Assembly: GCA_965219575.1 (NCBI GenBank)
Contig: OZ244779.1
Location: 396,769 to 460,768, forward strand
DNA from: Candidatus Oxydemutatoraceae bacterium
Lineage (GTDB): Bacteria; Pseudomonadota; Gammaproteobacteria; Poriferisulfidales; Oxydemutatoraceae
Direction of reading: 5' to 3'
Length of the DNA: 64,000 nt
The position numbers and the translations under genes are program-made. Under the pieces are notes generated by a model that was not told where the DNA came from, ran no database searches, and was given only the letters and a program-made list of their open reading frames with translations. Within the stretch, counting starts at the first letter, position 1. Every line of letters starts with the position of its first letter. Shown piece by piece: positions 30,380 to 40,133 of the stretch.

Positions 30380-31492
30380 TTAATCAAGTGCCGCCTTAAA
30401 ACGAGCGTATGCCTCGCCGTTGTCGATTTGTTTAGCAATCGTTTTTGCAGCTTCGTTCAAAGATGTCTGCTTGCGCAAGTGAGACAATATAATAGCACCT
30501 CCGTAGATTAAGCTGTCAAGTGCTATGCCTTTTTCACCTTCTAAGGCACGGATGCCGACTTTTGCGGTAATCGCTGCCATGCTGTCTACGTCCAAAGCGG
30601 CACCGATATCGTCGCTCTGCACCGTTGCCTTAGGCAAATCGTCCGGAACCGGAACCGCTCTGACATTTTGTTTCCGCCCGCAACTATCGGGATCCAGATC
30701 CCGAGATTGTATCTCTGCATCCCCGTGATACTCGAACAGACGCGACGGCTGTTTTAACGAGGGTATGATTCCTCCCTCGTTGCCCTTCACCACCGCTGCA
30801 GAATCAAAAGACAAAAAGCGTGCTAAATCTAGATAGACGGGCGGGTATGCTTTATGAACATACCCGGTAACATAATGCGTTTTTTCCTTCCCTCTAATCG
30901 GACTTAGCAGAACTTCTATCGTCGTTAGCAGAGGACGTTTGACAATTCTGCTGCGTAGCGATTCGAGCTTATGCAGTGCGGGACAAAATTGACTCTGGTC
31001 AACATAAGCCCAACCCACATCGCCTAATAATTCGGCGGCATCGCGCGTCGTCCGATCGGTTTTTATGCCCGCAGCTCTCAAAATTTTAGCGTATGTTACA
31101 CCGTATTTGGGACCCACCAACTCTATGCCGTGAGCAAAAGTGGGGATTTCGCACGAGGCCAGCACCGCAGGCAAAAAAGGCGACATCGGCAAATGCCGCA
31201 GAAATCCATCGTACGGATCGGCAATATCCAAAACGGTTTTAACGCGAGCCGGAACAATATCCATTGTTTCTCGAATGGCTTGCAATGCACCTTTGTTCTC
31301 GTCTTGGGTTTCTCGCTTCATTCTCAGCGCAATCAAAAAAACACCCGCCTGCACCGGGTCTACCGCATCATCCAGTATTTGCCTCATTGCCGAATACGAC
31401 TCTTCAAAGTTCAAATCTTTGCTATATTCGGGACCTGTTGCAACCTTCTGGATGCAATGCCGCAAGGTTATTTCGGAAGTTTGTGTCGTCAT
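30380..31492 (-). CDS. Anthranilate phosphoribosyltransferase-like protein (glycosyltransferase family 3, YbiB/TrpD2-like)
   Basis: IQKVATGPEYSKDL, FLIALRMKRET, DPYDG, GYVHKAY, KGNEG. Confidence 0.75.
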   Translation of the reverse strand: MTTQTSEITLRHCIQKVATGPEYSKDLNFEESYSAMRQILDDAVDPVQAGVFLIALRMKRETQDENKGALQAIRETMDIVPARVKTVLDIADPYDGFLRHLPMSPFLPAVLASCEIPTFAHGIELVGPKYGVTYAKILRAAGIKTDRTTRDAAELLGDVGWAYVDQSQFCPALHKLESLRSRIVKRPLLTTIEVLLSPIRGKEKTHYVTGYVHKAYPPVYLDLARFLSFDSAAVVKGNEGGIIPSLKQPSRLFEYHGDAEIQSRDLDPDSCGRKQNVRAVPVPDDLPKATVQSDDIGAALDVDSMAAITAKVGIRALEGEKGIALDSLIYGGAIILSHLRKQTSLNEAAKTIAKQIDNGEAYARFKAALD

Positions 31493-31527
31493 CTTTAATC
31501 TCTAAAACTTGTTAATTTCTCTACACG

Positions 31528-32316
31528 CTAAACACTTTTGAGCATGCTTATTTTTGCCAAAATGGTCTTAAACAGCTTTGCGTTCGCAGCCAATATGTTA
31601 CCAGAGCTTAAATGTTTTACACCCCCGCTGGTTTCCCCCACCAAGCCGCCCGCCTCTTTGACGATAATTTCTCCGGCGGCGATATCCCACGGCGATAAAC
31701 CAAACTCCCAAAATCCGTCGAAACGTCCGCAAGCGACATAAGCCATGTCCAAAGCGGCAGCCCCTGCACGACGCACATGCACATTTTCCTTCAGTAGCGT
31801 GTTCAGCACTTCTATATCGTGTTCTACATTTTGATCCAGCCTAAAAGGAAGACCGGTTCCCAACATCGCTCCTGCCAACCGTGTATGGTCGGAAACACGT
31901 ATCCTCCGTCTATTCAGGGTTGCACCCTCACCTTTTGCCGCTGCAAATAATTCATTCTTAAACGGATCGTATATTACACCCAGAATTACCAAGTCCTTAT
32001 GCTTTAAGGCGATAGACACCGCACAATGCGGGAAGCCTCTGATAAAGTTGGTCGTGCCGTCTAGAGGATCTACCACCCACTGCCATTGCGGATCGTTATC
32101 CAATAAACCGCTCTCCTCGGTCATCATTGAATGTTCCGGATAGGCTTTTTGGATAATCTTTATGATTTCCTGCTCGCAAGCGAGGTCTACGCTACTGACC
32201 GGATTGTTGACCGCTTTATGCCTGATATCAATTTTGTTTATGAAATTAGCATTGCGAGCAATAATGCTGCCGGCGGCAAGTGCCGCTTTCTCGGCAATAT
32301 GAAGTTGTGAAGACAT
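31528..32316 (-). CDS. suhB: Inositol monophosphatase family protein SuhB
   Basis: WVVDPLDGTTNF, RRAGAAALD, WDIAAG. Confidence 0.92.
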   Translation of the reverse strand: MSSQLHIAEKAALAAGSIIARNANFINKIDIRHKAVNNPVSSVDLACEQEIIKIIQKAYPEHSMMTEESGLLDNDPQWQWVVDPLDGTTNFIRGFPHCAVSIALKHKDLVILGVIYDPFKNELFAAAKGEGATLNRRRIRVSDHTRLAGAMLGTGLPFRLDQNVEHDIEVLNTLLKENVHVRRAGAAALDMAYVACGRFDGFWEFGLSPWDIAAGEIIVKEAGGLVGETSGGVKHLSSGNILAANAKLFKTILAKISMLKSV

Positions 32317-32348
32317 TTATTTAGCGTAAGAGTCCAATTAGATTATGT

Positions 32349-32396
32349 GGGGCTATTGAAAAAGTATTGGCATCGCACAACAGAACCGACACTTGT
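32349..32396. repeat. Isolated left end of mosaic element
   Basis: GGGGCTATTGAAAAAGTATTGGCATCGCAC; no partner end found nearby. Confidence 0.65.
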
Positions 32397-32518
32397 GCTA
32401 CTGCAACAAAAAACGATTATTCGGAACAAGTAGCAGGGTTACTCGGCAATAGTCGGCGATTCAATAGCTCCTCTCTGCAATTCTGCGAAGACATTATTCA
32501 TTAAAACCACAACCAGGA

Positions 32519-32773
32519 TTACTTTAACAAACCAACAACGGAGAAAATTACCGCAGATAGTCCTAAAAATATGGCGACATTCATGCCTACAACCCATACG
32601 ATCATTGTGTTTTTTGCATCCGCTATTTTTTCTATTAATCGCGCCTCCTGTTTTGCCAAGTCCGACTTAGTTGCTACTTCTTTGGAACCGACAACATCGG
32701 CCACAGCTTTTTCCGCTCCCTCGTGCTTGACACCTAACTTTGTTAGTACATTGTATAGGGCTATGTTTGACAT
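32519..32773 (-). CDS. DUF1640/CCDC90-like membrane-anchored coiled-coil protein, paralog 1
   Basis: LTKLG..A head, VATKSDL neck, short coiled coil, C-terminal TM. Confidence 0.7.
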   Translation of the reverse strand: MSNIALYNVLTKLGVKHEGAEKAVADVVGSKEVATKSDLAKQEARLIEKIADAKNTMIVWVVGMNVAIFLGLSAVIFSVVGLLK

Positions 32774-33083
32774 TGATATTCCTCAAGATTAAAATTTCAT
32801 TATCTCATAAAAACCCTAATTGACATCAAACGATTTAAGTCCCTTAACGTTGACATTCTCCCTAAATTTAGAACCAATGCTAAAGTTGGTTTTTCCATAA
32901 AAATGCGACGGATTTCTTTATAAACTTTACTACTGATATGAGAAGTTGAAAATCTATAAACTGAGATTATAACAAATACCGATTGACTTATAGGTTAATT
33001 GCTCGCCGGTGCGGATGACCTAGACTACCCAACAAAAATTACTAAATCTTGCTTCTCTATTATTACCGTCGTAAGTTTTGAAA

Positions 33084-33350
33084 CTAGAGATATTTAATTA
33101 CTCCAATAATTGCTACGCCTAATATAACTATTTTCCATGTCATACGCGTCTCTAGCTTTGCTATAGCGGCATCTATGTATGTTTTAGTTGCCATATCTTT
33201 GACATCTGCTTTCGTTTCTGCTTTTAGTTCTATTATATCTGTTTTAGTTGCTACATTTTTTGAGCTGGCAACATCGGCCACGGCTTCCTTCGCTTCGTCG
33301 TGCTTCAGTCCTAATTTAGTCAATGCGTTGTATAGTGCGATTTCTGACAT
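33084..33350 (-). CDS. DUF1640/CCDC90-like membrane-anchored coiled-coil protein, paralog 2
   Basis: Near-identical N-terminus to paralog 1; VATKTDI, ETKADV and MATKTYI necks; C-terminal TM; AGGAG RBS. Confidence 0.7.
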   Translation of the reverse strand: MSEIALYNALTKLGLKHDEAKEAVADVASSKNVATKTDIIELKAETKADVKDMATKTYIDAAIAKLETRMTWKIVILGVAIIGVIKYL

Positions 33351-33569
33351 CTTTATTTACTCCTATATTTATAGTGCTTGCTATTATAGCCATTATAGCT
33401 GAGAAATCGTAATCTTAAATCAACCCCCTAGTGTATTTGCGGGGGCAACGGCATGAAAACCAAGTCTGCAGATGGTCCTAAAAATGGAGGAACTTTGCCC
33501 TTAACTTCATACTGATTTGATGCGCTTGTAAGGTACAATATCACCCTATTCAATTAGTTAAACTTCATT

Positions 33570-34169
33570 ATGACTGATCAAAAACCTGTTATCGTACTGG
33601 CTTCCGGTTCTAAATCCCGCTATCAGCTGTTGAAACGTCTAAAACTCGACTTTATAACCCATGCAGCGGATATTGACGAGACGGCGTATCACGGCGAACA
33701 GCCTACGGAACTGGCAGAGCGTCTTTCGTGTGCCAAAGCGCGCGCCGTAGCCAATGGTTATCAAAACGCCTTAATCATAGGCTCCGATCAATGCGGCGAG
33801 GTCGACGGTCATATCATCGGCAAACCCGACAATGCCGAACAAGCGTGTAAGCAACTTGCGATGTGTTCCGGCAAAGAGGTTATATTTCATACCGGCTTGT
33901 GCTTGCTCAATACCGAAAACCGACACCACCAATACGAGCGCGTGCCGACCCGCATACACTACCGCGCTTTTAGCACCGAACAAGCAGAGGCTTATGTGCG
34001 TATAGAACAACCCTTTGATTGTTGCGGTAGCCATCGCTCCGAAGGTTTGGGAATCACGCTATGCGAGCGAATGGAAAGCACCGACCCGAGTGCGATGTTG
34101 GGACTACCCTTGATTACGCTCTCTCGAATGTTAGAGCAGAACGGCGTGCCGTTATTAGTCGCATCTTAA
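33570..34169 (+). CDS. maf: Maf-family nucleotide pyrophosphatase (YceF-like)
   Basis: VLASGS, DIDET, IIGSDQ, GKP, SEGLG, GLPL. Confidence 0.9.
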   Translation: MTDQKPVIVLASGSKSRYQLLKRLKLDFITHAADIDETAYHGEQPTELAERLSCAKARAVANGYQNALIIGSDQCGEVDGHIIGKPDNAEQACKQLAMCSGKEVIFHTGLCLLNTENRHHQYERVPTRIHYRAFSTEQAEAYVRIEQPFDCCGSHRSEGLGITLCERMESTDPSAMLGLPLITLSRMLEQNGVPLLVAS

Positions 34170-35149
34170 TATAAAGACGGCGTTTGAAATTGCCATAACA
34201 GCCTGTTGCCGATCTGGGTACCGAGTCTGCCGACAACCCTATCTAGAAGATTCTGCTGCGGCTGATAGACCACGATTTTTTCAACCCCGACGACTTCTCT
34301 GGCAACTTGCTGGGCGGATGCGAAATTATCTATCAAACCCAATTCTTTGGCTTCCTCGCCCGTCCATATCAAACCCGAAAATAATTGGCTGCCGGTTACG
34401 AGCTTGTCGCCTCGGCCTTGCTTGACACGGCTGATAAATTGTTGATGCACTTGATCCAATAACTTCTGCATATGCGCTTTTACAATCGGATTGGTATCCG
34501 CAAAAGGATCGAGCATATCTTTATATTCTCCCGCCTTCTGCACGCGCCGTTCTATGCCCAACTTATTGATTGCGTCGACCAAACCGAAGCCGTTAAAAAT
34601 AACACCGATAGAACCAATCAAACTTGCCTTATCGGCATAAATCCCGTCGGCAGCTGCGGCGACATAATAAGCACCTGATGCCCCGATATCGGTAATGACC
34701 ACATAGCACGGCTTGTCGGTATATTCGGAACGCAAGCGTAGAATCTCATCGCTGATTTGAGCACTCTGCACGGGGCTACCGCCCGGACTGTTAATCTGCA
34801 AGATAACGGCTCGGGCATTTTCAGTTTCGTATGCTTCCTGCAAAGTCTCTATGATATCGTTTGCCGCAGCCGGTGTGCCCTCGATAATCGGTCCCTCCAG
34901 TTTGACGAGCGCAGTATGTTCCTCCAGTATCGTCGGTTGTATACCCTTAGGCGGCTCCACCGACACAATCAATGCAACAACGATACCGACGATTAGTAGC
35001 CTATAAAAAATACGCCACCGCCTCGCCCGCCGTTGCTCTTGTAAGTGATCGTCAAGCAACGAACGCAATGTGTTTTGCGCCCACCGCTCGTTATCGGAAG
35101 ACGGATTGGTGCCTTCCGAGGAAGTGTTTGATTGGTCTTTGATATCCAT
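34166..35149 (-). CDS. sppA: Signal peptide peptidase SppA (S49)
   Basis: INSPGGS, ASGAYYVA, GSIGV, AGEYKD. Confidence 0.9.
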   Translation of the reverse strand: MDIKDQSNTSSEGTNPSSDNERWAQNTLRSLLDDHLQEQRRARRWRIFYRLLIVGIVVALIVSVEPPKGIQPTILEEHTALVKLEGPIIEGTPAAANDIIETLQEAYETENARAVILQINSPGGSPVQSAQISDEILRLRSEYTDKPCYVVITDIGASGAYYVAAAADGIYADKASLIGSIGVIFNGFGLVDAINKLGIERRVQKAGEYKDMLDPFADTNPIVKAHMQKLLDQVHQQFISRVKQGRGDKLVTGSQLFSGLIWTGEEAKELGLIDNFASAQQVAREVVGVEKIVVYQPQQNLLDRVVGRLGTQIGNRLLWQFQTPSLY

Positions 35150-35221
35150 TTTGAACCTCTATAATGTTTATTGATTTACTGCTACGATATGTCTCGCATC
35201 AACCGGTTTTATCATTTTATA

Positions 35222-36148
35222 TTAAAACGAGGTTCTATCTAACCGCTCTATGAGTTTTTGCAGAGGCTCGGGTAGCGGGGCTTCAAACGACAACACCTTC
35301 TCATGCCACTTAAACGATACCTTGTGAGCATGTAAAAAAATACGCTTGAGTCCCAACCGAGTGAGCTTACGGTTGTTTGAAAAGTCCCCGTATTTGTTAT
35401 CGCCGGCAACGGGGTGCCGGCAATGCGCCGCATGGACACGGATCTGATGGGTGCGTCCGGTAATCAGTGATACCGACATCAAGCTATAGTCTTTGAACGA
35501 ACGGATGACGGTGAAATCGGTGACGGCATACTTGCCGTTGTCGGCTACCGTTTGCTTCTGCACCGCACGACGCAGAGGCGTGGAAACACGGCGCGATTGC
35601 TGCCATCGCCCGACCACTAAAACTTGATAGATTTTCTCGACTTGTGATTCGCGAAACAACTTTTGCAAACGAAGCAAGACATCGCGAGATTTTGCAACGA
35701 TAAGACAGCCGCTGGTATCCTTATCGAGACGATGGACAAGGCCTACATCATCGGAGTATTTATGTTTGAGCAAATCTATCAAACCGAAGCTGTGCGCAGT
35801 GCCGGTGTGAACCGCAAGATGCGCAGGCTTATCGATAACCAACACCTCGTCATCTTCGTAAATAATACACTTCAAGAGGACATCGGCATCGGCATCCGAC
35901 AAACGAGGAGGCGCAGGGGATGTGTTTGCCACCGGCGGTATTCGTATGCGATCGCCCGCAGATAGCTTATAAGAAGGTGGCACGCGCCCGCTATTGACGC
36001 GCAATTCACCCGAGCGAATGACCCGGTAAATATAACTCTTGGGTACATTCTTATATTCTCTAAACAAGAAGTTATCAATCCGCTGCCCGCCGTATGCCTC
36101 CGGCACTTTGATATAACGAACACTTTGTTTTTTAGATGAAACTGCCAT
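35222..36148 (-). CDS. rluC: 23S rRNA pseudouridine synthase RluC
   Basis: S4 domain GQRIDNFL, HRLDKDTSG, TGRTHQIRVH, FLHA. Confidence 0.9.
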   Translation of the reverse strand: MAVSSKKQSVRYIKVPEAYGGQRIDNFLFREYKNVPKSYIYRVIRSGELRVNSGRVPPSYKLSAGDRIRIPPVANTSPAPPRLSDADADVLLKCIIYEDDEVLVIDKPAHLAVHTGTAHSFGLIDLLKHKYSDDVGLVHRLDKDTSGCLIVAKSRDVLLRLQKLFRESQVEKIYQVLVVGRWQQSRRVSTPLRRAVQKQTVADNGKYAVTDFTVIRSFKDYSLMSVSLITGRTHQIRVHAAHCRHPVAGDNKYGDFSNNRKLTRLGLKRIFLHAHKVSFKWHEKVLSFEAPLPEPLQKLIERLDRTSF

Positions 36149-36187
36149 AGTTAGGATATTCTACTAAAACCTGAGACCGGAAATTTT

Positions 36188-36349
36188 AGACTGTTGAAAA
36201 AGTGTCCACGAACTATAGGACGGTACATTCCCCTCCTCTGGAGGGGTGGCAGGCGCAGCCTGACGGGATGGTCGCTGCGTGGGGCTGTTGAAAATAGGAA
36301 AGTCGATTGACCTACCGGCTCAATCGGCGGCTCTATCCTGCCCCTACAG
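36188..36349. mobile_element. Left part of mosaic element (two left ends) adjoining the Rpn gene
   Basis: GACTGTTGAAAAAGT plus CCCCTCCTCTGGAGGGG module; second end GGGGCTGTTGAAAA at 36281; hairpin plus CCCCTAC. Confidence 0.8.
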
Positions 36350-36365
36350 GTATCAATCAGCAATA

Positions 36366-36662
36366 CTACTCGGTGGTTTCGTTCTTTAGCTGTTTAATCT
36401 CGTCAGCAGATAAACCTGTCAATTTTGAAATCTCAGAAACCTCATAATTTTCTTGCAACATGTTCAAAGCAATTTCGTGCTCTCTTTTTACTTTACCTTC
36501 TGCCAACCCTTTAGCTAACCCTTTGGCTAACCCTTTAGCCTTGACTTCTTCCATAATCTCTTGCTTTCTCACATGGCGTTCCCACTCTTGTCTTTCTAAC
36601 AATATAGCGTTCCAATACTCTCTATTCTCTTTTGATACTTTCTCTAAATGTTTTAATGCCAT
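36366..36662 (-). CDS. C-terminal small Rpn protein (RpnS-like), intact
   Basis: Own RBS (GGAG about 8 nt upstream of ATG), AKGL repeats, EIALNML..ISKLTGLSADEI. Confidence 0.65.
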   Translation of the reverse strand: MALKHLEKVSKENREYWNAILLERQEWERHVRKQEIMEEVKAKGLAKGLAKGLAEGKVKREHEIALNMLQENYEVSEISKLTGLSADEIKQLKNETTE

Positions 36663-37325
36663 CTTCGTCTCTCCGTCTTGTGATAAATGCTTTACTTGCT
36701 AAGCCGTCAATTCCGCCGAGTGCTTGATAATATAGCACCACCTATCCGTCATATCAACCAACTCAAGGTAGTTCTTGTTGAACTTGCTCAATTCCACTAT
36801 CACCAACCCAAAATCCTTAGTCAATTCTTTATGCCGATGCTTACGCAGAGTGATTATTGTCTCGTTTATATAGTCCTCTTCATCAAACACCGTGAACCGA
36901 GTAAACACCAGTAAGTGGCTCGGATCAATCCGACTAAACTTTTGTCCACGCTTCATACCATAAGAGTGCAACTGCACCCAATAAGCCAACATTCTACTAA
37001 AGAAGTCCTTTTGAGAATAGCCCTGCATCTCTATGTCGATATTCTCACCGCTATTTAATTTGACATGGAGGTCTAGCACAACTTGTTTGCCACCCGGTGT
37101 GTCCGGTGGGATAGAGCTATCCTGCAGATGTAGCATATCGCCCGATTGGTTTTGTTGATTTGCGGTTTCGGATGCAGGGTTGAGTATCATCATATCCGGC
37201 GCATTATCGGAGGTCGGCAGGAAGCTCTTAATCAACGAGAACAATACTTGCTTATTGATCGAGAAGTATCGCTTAAAGGAAATATCTTTTGTCAAGTCTA
37301 AGTATCCGAGATGTTTTTCATTCAT
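36366..37325 (-). pseudogene. Rpn-family (PD-(D/E)XK nuclease / putative transposase) gene interrupted by one in-frame TAG
   Basis: DISFKRYF, LDLHV, IDIEMQ, IVELSKF, W.Y.IK motifs; TAG at 36699-36701 is in frame with the downstream AKGL-repeat/HTH part. Confidence 0.8.
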
Positions 37326-37490
37326 AGTAAATCTCCTATAAATTGGGTGTAAAACATCTACCCTAAACCCGGTATTGAGTAGGAGGAGAGACAAATGGAT
37401 GAACGGTAGTAAATACATGTTGAACGGTATATTAGAGGGTGATATTCCCTTGCAAAGGAGGGGAATATCCACCCTAAAGGTGCCTTAAGA

Positions 37491-37563
37491 ATACTTTTTC
37501 AACAGCCCCGCCCCGAAAGTATCTGCGCAACGTCACGCCGATTGACCTACCGGCTCAATCGGA
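37491..37563. mobile_element. Right end of mosaic element plus hairpin, upstream of the Rpn gene
   Basis: ATACTTTTTCAACAGCCCC, then GCCGATTGACCTACCGGCTCAATCGG. Confidence 0.8.
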
Positions 37564-37570
37564 GGTTCTA

Positions 37571-38080
37571 TCATAGTTTCCTAGAATCGTAAGCCCAATG
37601 CAACAATGCTTGCCGTTGTCGAGGACGACAATTTATATCGCCGCGTCTGCAATTTTTTTCGACGGCACTTACGTGCCGCTTGATCGCACGCCATCGTTTG
37701 ATCTGTCTTATATCTTCCGAAGGAATACGCCGCCCCATATAATAGCGGCAATACCATTGAAACCAACCGCGCGGGTCGTAAGGATAAATCCAACCTTTCT
37801 TTCTCCATTCTCGCAACGGTAAAGAAGCGTCCACCTTGAAGTAATTTAATGTCGGGTCTTTATGCAGTAGTGCGAGTTTGGCATTCTCGAACCAAGTGTG
37901 CGGAAATTCGTCTTGGCAGTCACACATATATTTGCCGCCGAAAATTCCCAGCTTCAATAACTCTTTAGGGCTGAGTTGCGGTTTGAAATCGTCGTCGAAA
38001 TTACGACCTACCGGTTCCACCAAGTAATAGACATAATTTCTCTGCATCTTGTCGTTGACCACGACTTTTTTCCGTGTCAT
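37571..38080 (-). CDS. Conserved hypothetical basic protein
   Basis: P.ELL.LG.FGGKY, DPRGWFQWYCRYY.GRR, RQI.RW, RQALLHW motifs. Confidence 0.7.
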   Translation of the reverse strand: MTRKKVVVNDKMQRNYVYYLVEPVGRNFDDDFKPQLSPKELLKLGIFGGKYMCDCQDEFPHTWFENAKLALLHKDPTLNYFKVDASLPLREWRKKGWIYPYDPRGWFQWYCRYYMGRRIPSEDIRQIKRWRAIKRHVSAVEKNCRRGDINCRPRQRQALLHWAYDSRKL

Positions 38081-38110
38081 ATATGATCCCAACGTATCGT
38101 GCGCATGTAG

Positions 38111-38463
38111 AAGGCTGTTGAAAAGTACTGTTTTTGCACAACTGCAACCGCTTGCGCCGTGAATATCTACAAACCACCCGTAAGGGCGGACTCACATGTC
38201 CGCCCGCCCCTACGGTTCGTGGATACTTTTTCAACAATCCCTGCGTATCTGCACAATTTTTACCCGATTTATGGAAACCAAAACCACACGGCGCAAGCGA
38301 TTACAGCTGTGCAGAACGACACTTTAGGGCGGACATCAAAATTGCCGATTGACCTACTGGCTCAATCGGCGGCTTTGTTCTGCCCCCACGGCTTGGTGGT
38401 TATTATAAATTCACGGCGCAAGCGGTTACGGTTGCACGCTGACGATACTTTTTCAACAGTCCC
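38111..38463. mobile_element. Mosaic MITE/REP element, composite copy 8 (one left end, two right ends)
   Basis: GGCTGTTGAAAAGTA ... TACTTTTTCAACAATCCC (38241) ... TACTTTTTCAACAGTCCC. Confidence 0.85.
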
Positions 38464-38476
38464 TCGCGCGTGAACG

Positions 38477-39358
38477 CTACCGATATTTCTCGCCGATCTT
38501 CCAAACCTCTCTTTCCCGAAACGCAGCGATAGTCTGGCGGCGGGCAGCGTTGGTTACCGCCGATGGAGAAAGGTTGTTTTGCGCGATGTGTTCGGATAAG
38601 CGGATAATATTTTCTCCTCGTAAATAAGCGATGCGCTTATGCAATGCTTCCATGATGCCTAAAGCTACAATATTCTCCATTGTTCTGGTTCGCTTTTGAG
38701 GGCGATATTCATCGAACGCTTGATAGTATGTGCGCTTCGTTCTGTTGCGAATAATAATTCCAGGGAACCCCAGTTCCAATAAATGGAAGTTAATAATGAC
38801 TCGTCCTATGCGGCCGTTGCCGTCGCAAAACGGATGTATAGTCTCAAACTCCAGATGGAATCGGGCAATTTTATCGAGAAAATAACTGTCTATGTCGTTC
38901 TCGTAAATAAACAGGCTGTGTTCAATCATCCTTTCCACATGTTCGGGTGGAGGTGCTATATGCGTACCGACCCGAACATACTCACCTTGCCGCCGGAAAC
39001 GGCCGGCAATGGCATCGTTAATACCACCCATAAGCATGCGATGAAAAAGCAGAATGATATCTTTCGTCAGAGGCACTTTGCCCGCTTTGTCTCGCTTATA
39101 TGCAATAACCCGATGCAAATTCTTTGCTTCGAACAACTCGCGCACCGATACACGACGGGATAATTCCATCTCCAGCAAAATTTTCTCGGTTTCTTTTAAG
39201 GTCAGCGTTGAATTTTCGATAGCATTAGAGTTATAAACATTCTCCGGCACCTCTGCTTTGTCGATTAAAGCCAAAAGAGCCTCCTTACCTCCTTTCAAAG
39301 AGGCATATTCTTCGCGCAAGGCATGAATTTTTTTTCTATAAGATTGGGTAATAGCCAT
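38477..39358 (-). CDS. Fic family protein
   Basis: Canonical HPFCDGNGRIGR motif; N-terminal SNAIEN inhibitory-type motif. Confidence 0.92.
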   Translation of the reverse strand: MAITQSYRKKIHALREEYASLKGGKEALLALIDKAEVPENVYNSNAIENSTLTLKETEKILLEMELSRRVSVRELFEAKNLHRVIAYKRDKAGKVPLTKDIILLFHRMLMGGINDAIAGRFRRQGEYVRVGTHIAPPPEHVERMIEHSLFIYENDIDSYFLDKIARFHLEFETIHPFCDGNGRIGRVIINFHLLELGFPGIIIRNRTKRTYYQAFDEYRPQKRTRTMENIVALGIMEALHKRIAYLRGENIIRLSEHIAQNNLSPSAVTNAARRQTIAAFREREVWKIGEKYR

Positions 39359-39449
39359 TCTCTTATTATATCAATTCACTAATATATGCAATAAAAAAGT
39401 GAATATATCCTAAAAACTGGGTATATTTACTTATTTTTAATGTTGTATA

Positions 39450-40118
39450 ATGAACTTTTTTCTGTATATAAGGACGACGCAATTGGATATTAAGAATACA
39501 AAAGAGTATTACGGGCTAGGGGCTATTGCTCTGCACTGGATTGTCGCACTGGGTTTTCTCGGTTCTTATGTGGCAGTATATTATCGCCATTGGTTCACCG
39601 ACAATTCATTCAGTCAAACCGGAGAGTTGACACCCAGTATGATCGCCTTACATATGCACCTGTCATTCGGGATAACGATTGCTGTCTTTGTTGCTTTGCG
39701 CGTTGTATGGAAATTGCTTAACAAAACACCCGACAAGGTTCCGGGAACCAAGTTTGAACATTCTGCAGCCCGTATCGTACACCGGCTACTCTACGCAGCA
39801 ATGATCATCATGCCGATAACCGGTTATATGGGAACAAAACTAGACGCGAACTATTTTCTGTTGGTGGATATTCCGAAATTTTCCGATACCGCCCTCTATT
39901 CGTTGCTGGTGGAACAATGGCTGGGCATGGACTGGGAAAGTTTTGAACCCATCATGGATTTCGTTCACAAAGAAAGTGGTGCTTACATAATCTGGGTTTT
40001 AATTGGATTGCACGCCGGTGCCGCACTCTATCATCACTTCATAAAAAAAGACCAAACATTAAGACGCATGACAACTTTAGCCCTATCCAAAAGTGCATAT
40101 TCCTCACATAAAGTTTAG
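39450..40118 (+). CDS. Cytochrome b561 (YceJ/CybB-like)
   Basis: Four TM segments with His ligands LHW, HLSFG, VHRLLY, LHAGAALYHHF; the start may be TTG at 39483. Confidence 0.88.
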   Translation: MNFFLYIRTTQLDIKNTKEYYGLGAIALHWIVALGFLGSYVAVYYRHWFTDNSFSQTGELTPSMIALHMHLSFGITIAVFVALRVVWKLLNKTPDKVPGTKFEHSAARIVHRLLYAAMIIMPITGYMGTKLDANYFLLVDIPKFSDTALYSLLVEQWLGMDWESFEPIMDFVHKESGAYIIWVLIGLHAGAALYHHFIKKDQTLRRMTTLALSKSAYSSHKV

Positions 40119-40133
40119 TGCCGGTACAGATGT

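Noticed and set aside
36699-36701. Pyrrolysine or programmed readthrough of the Rpn TAG
   Set aside because: There is no supporting machinery in the window, and TAG is used as a normal stop in many genes here.
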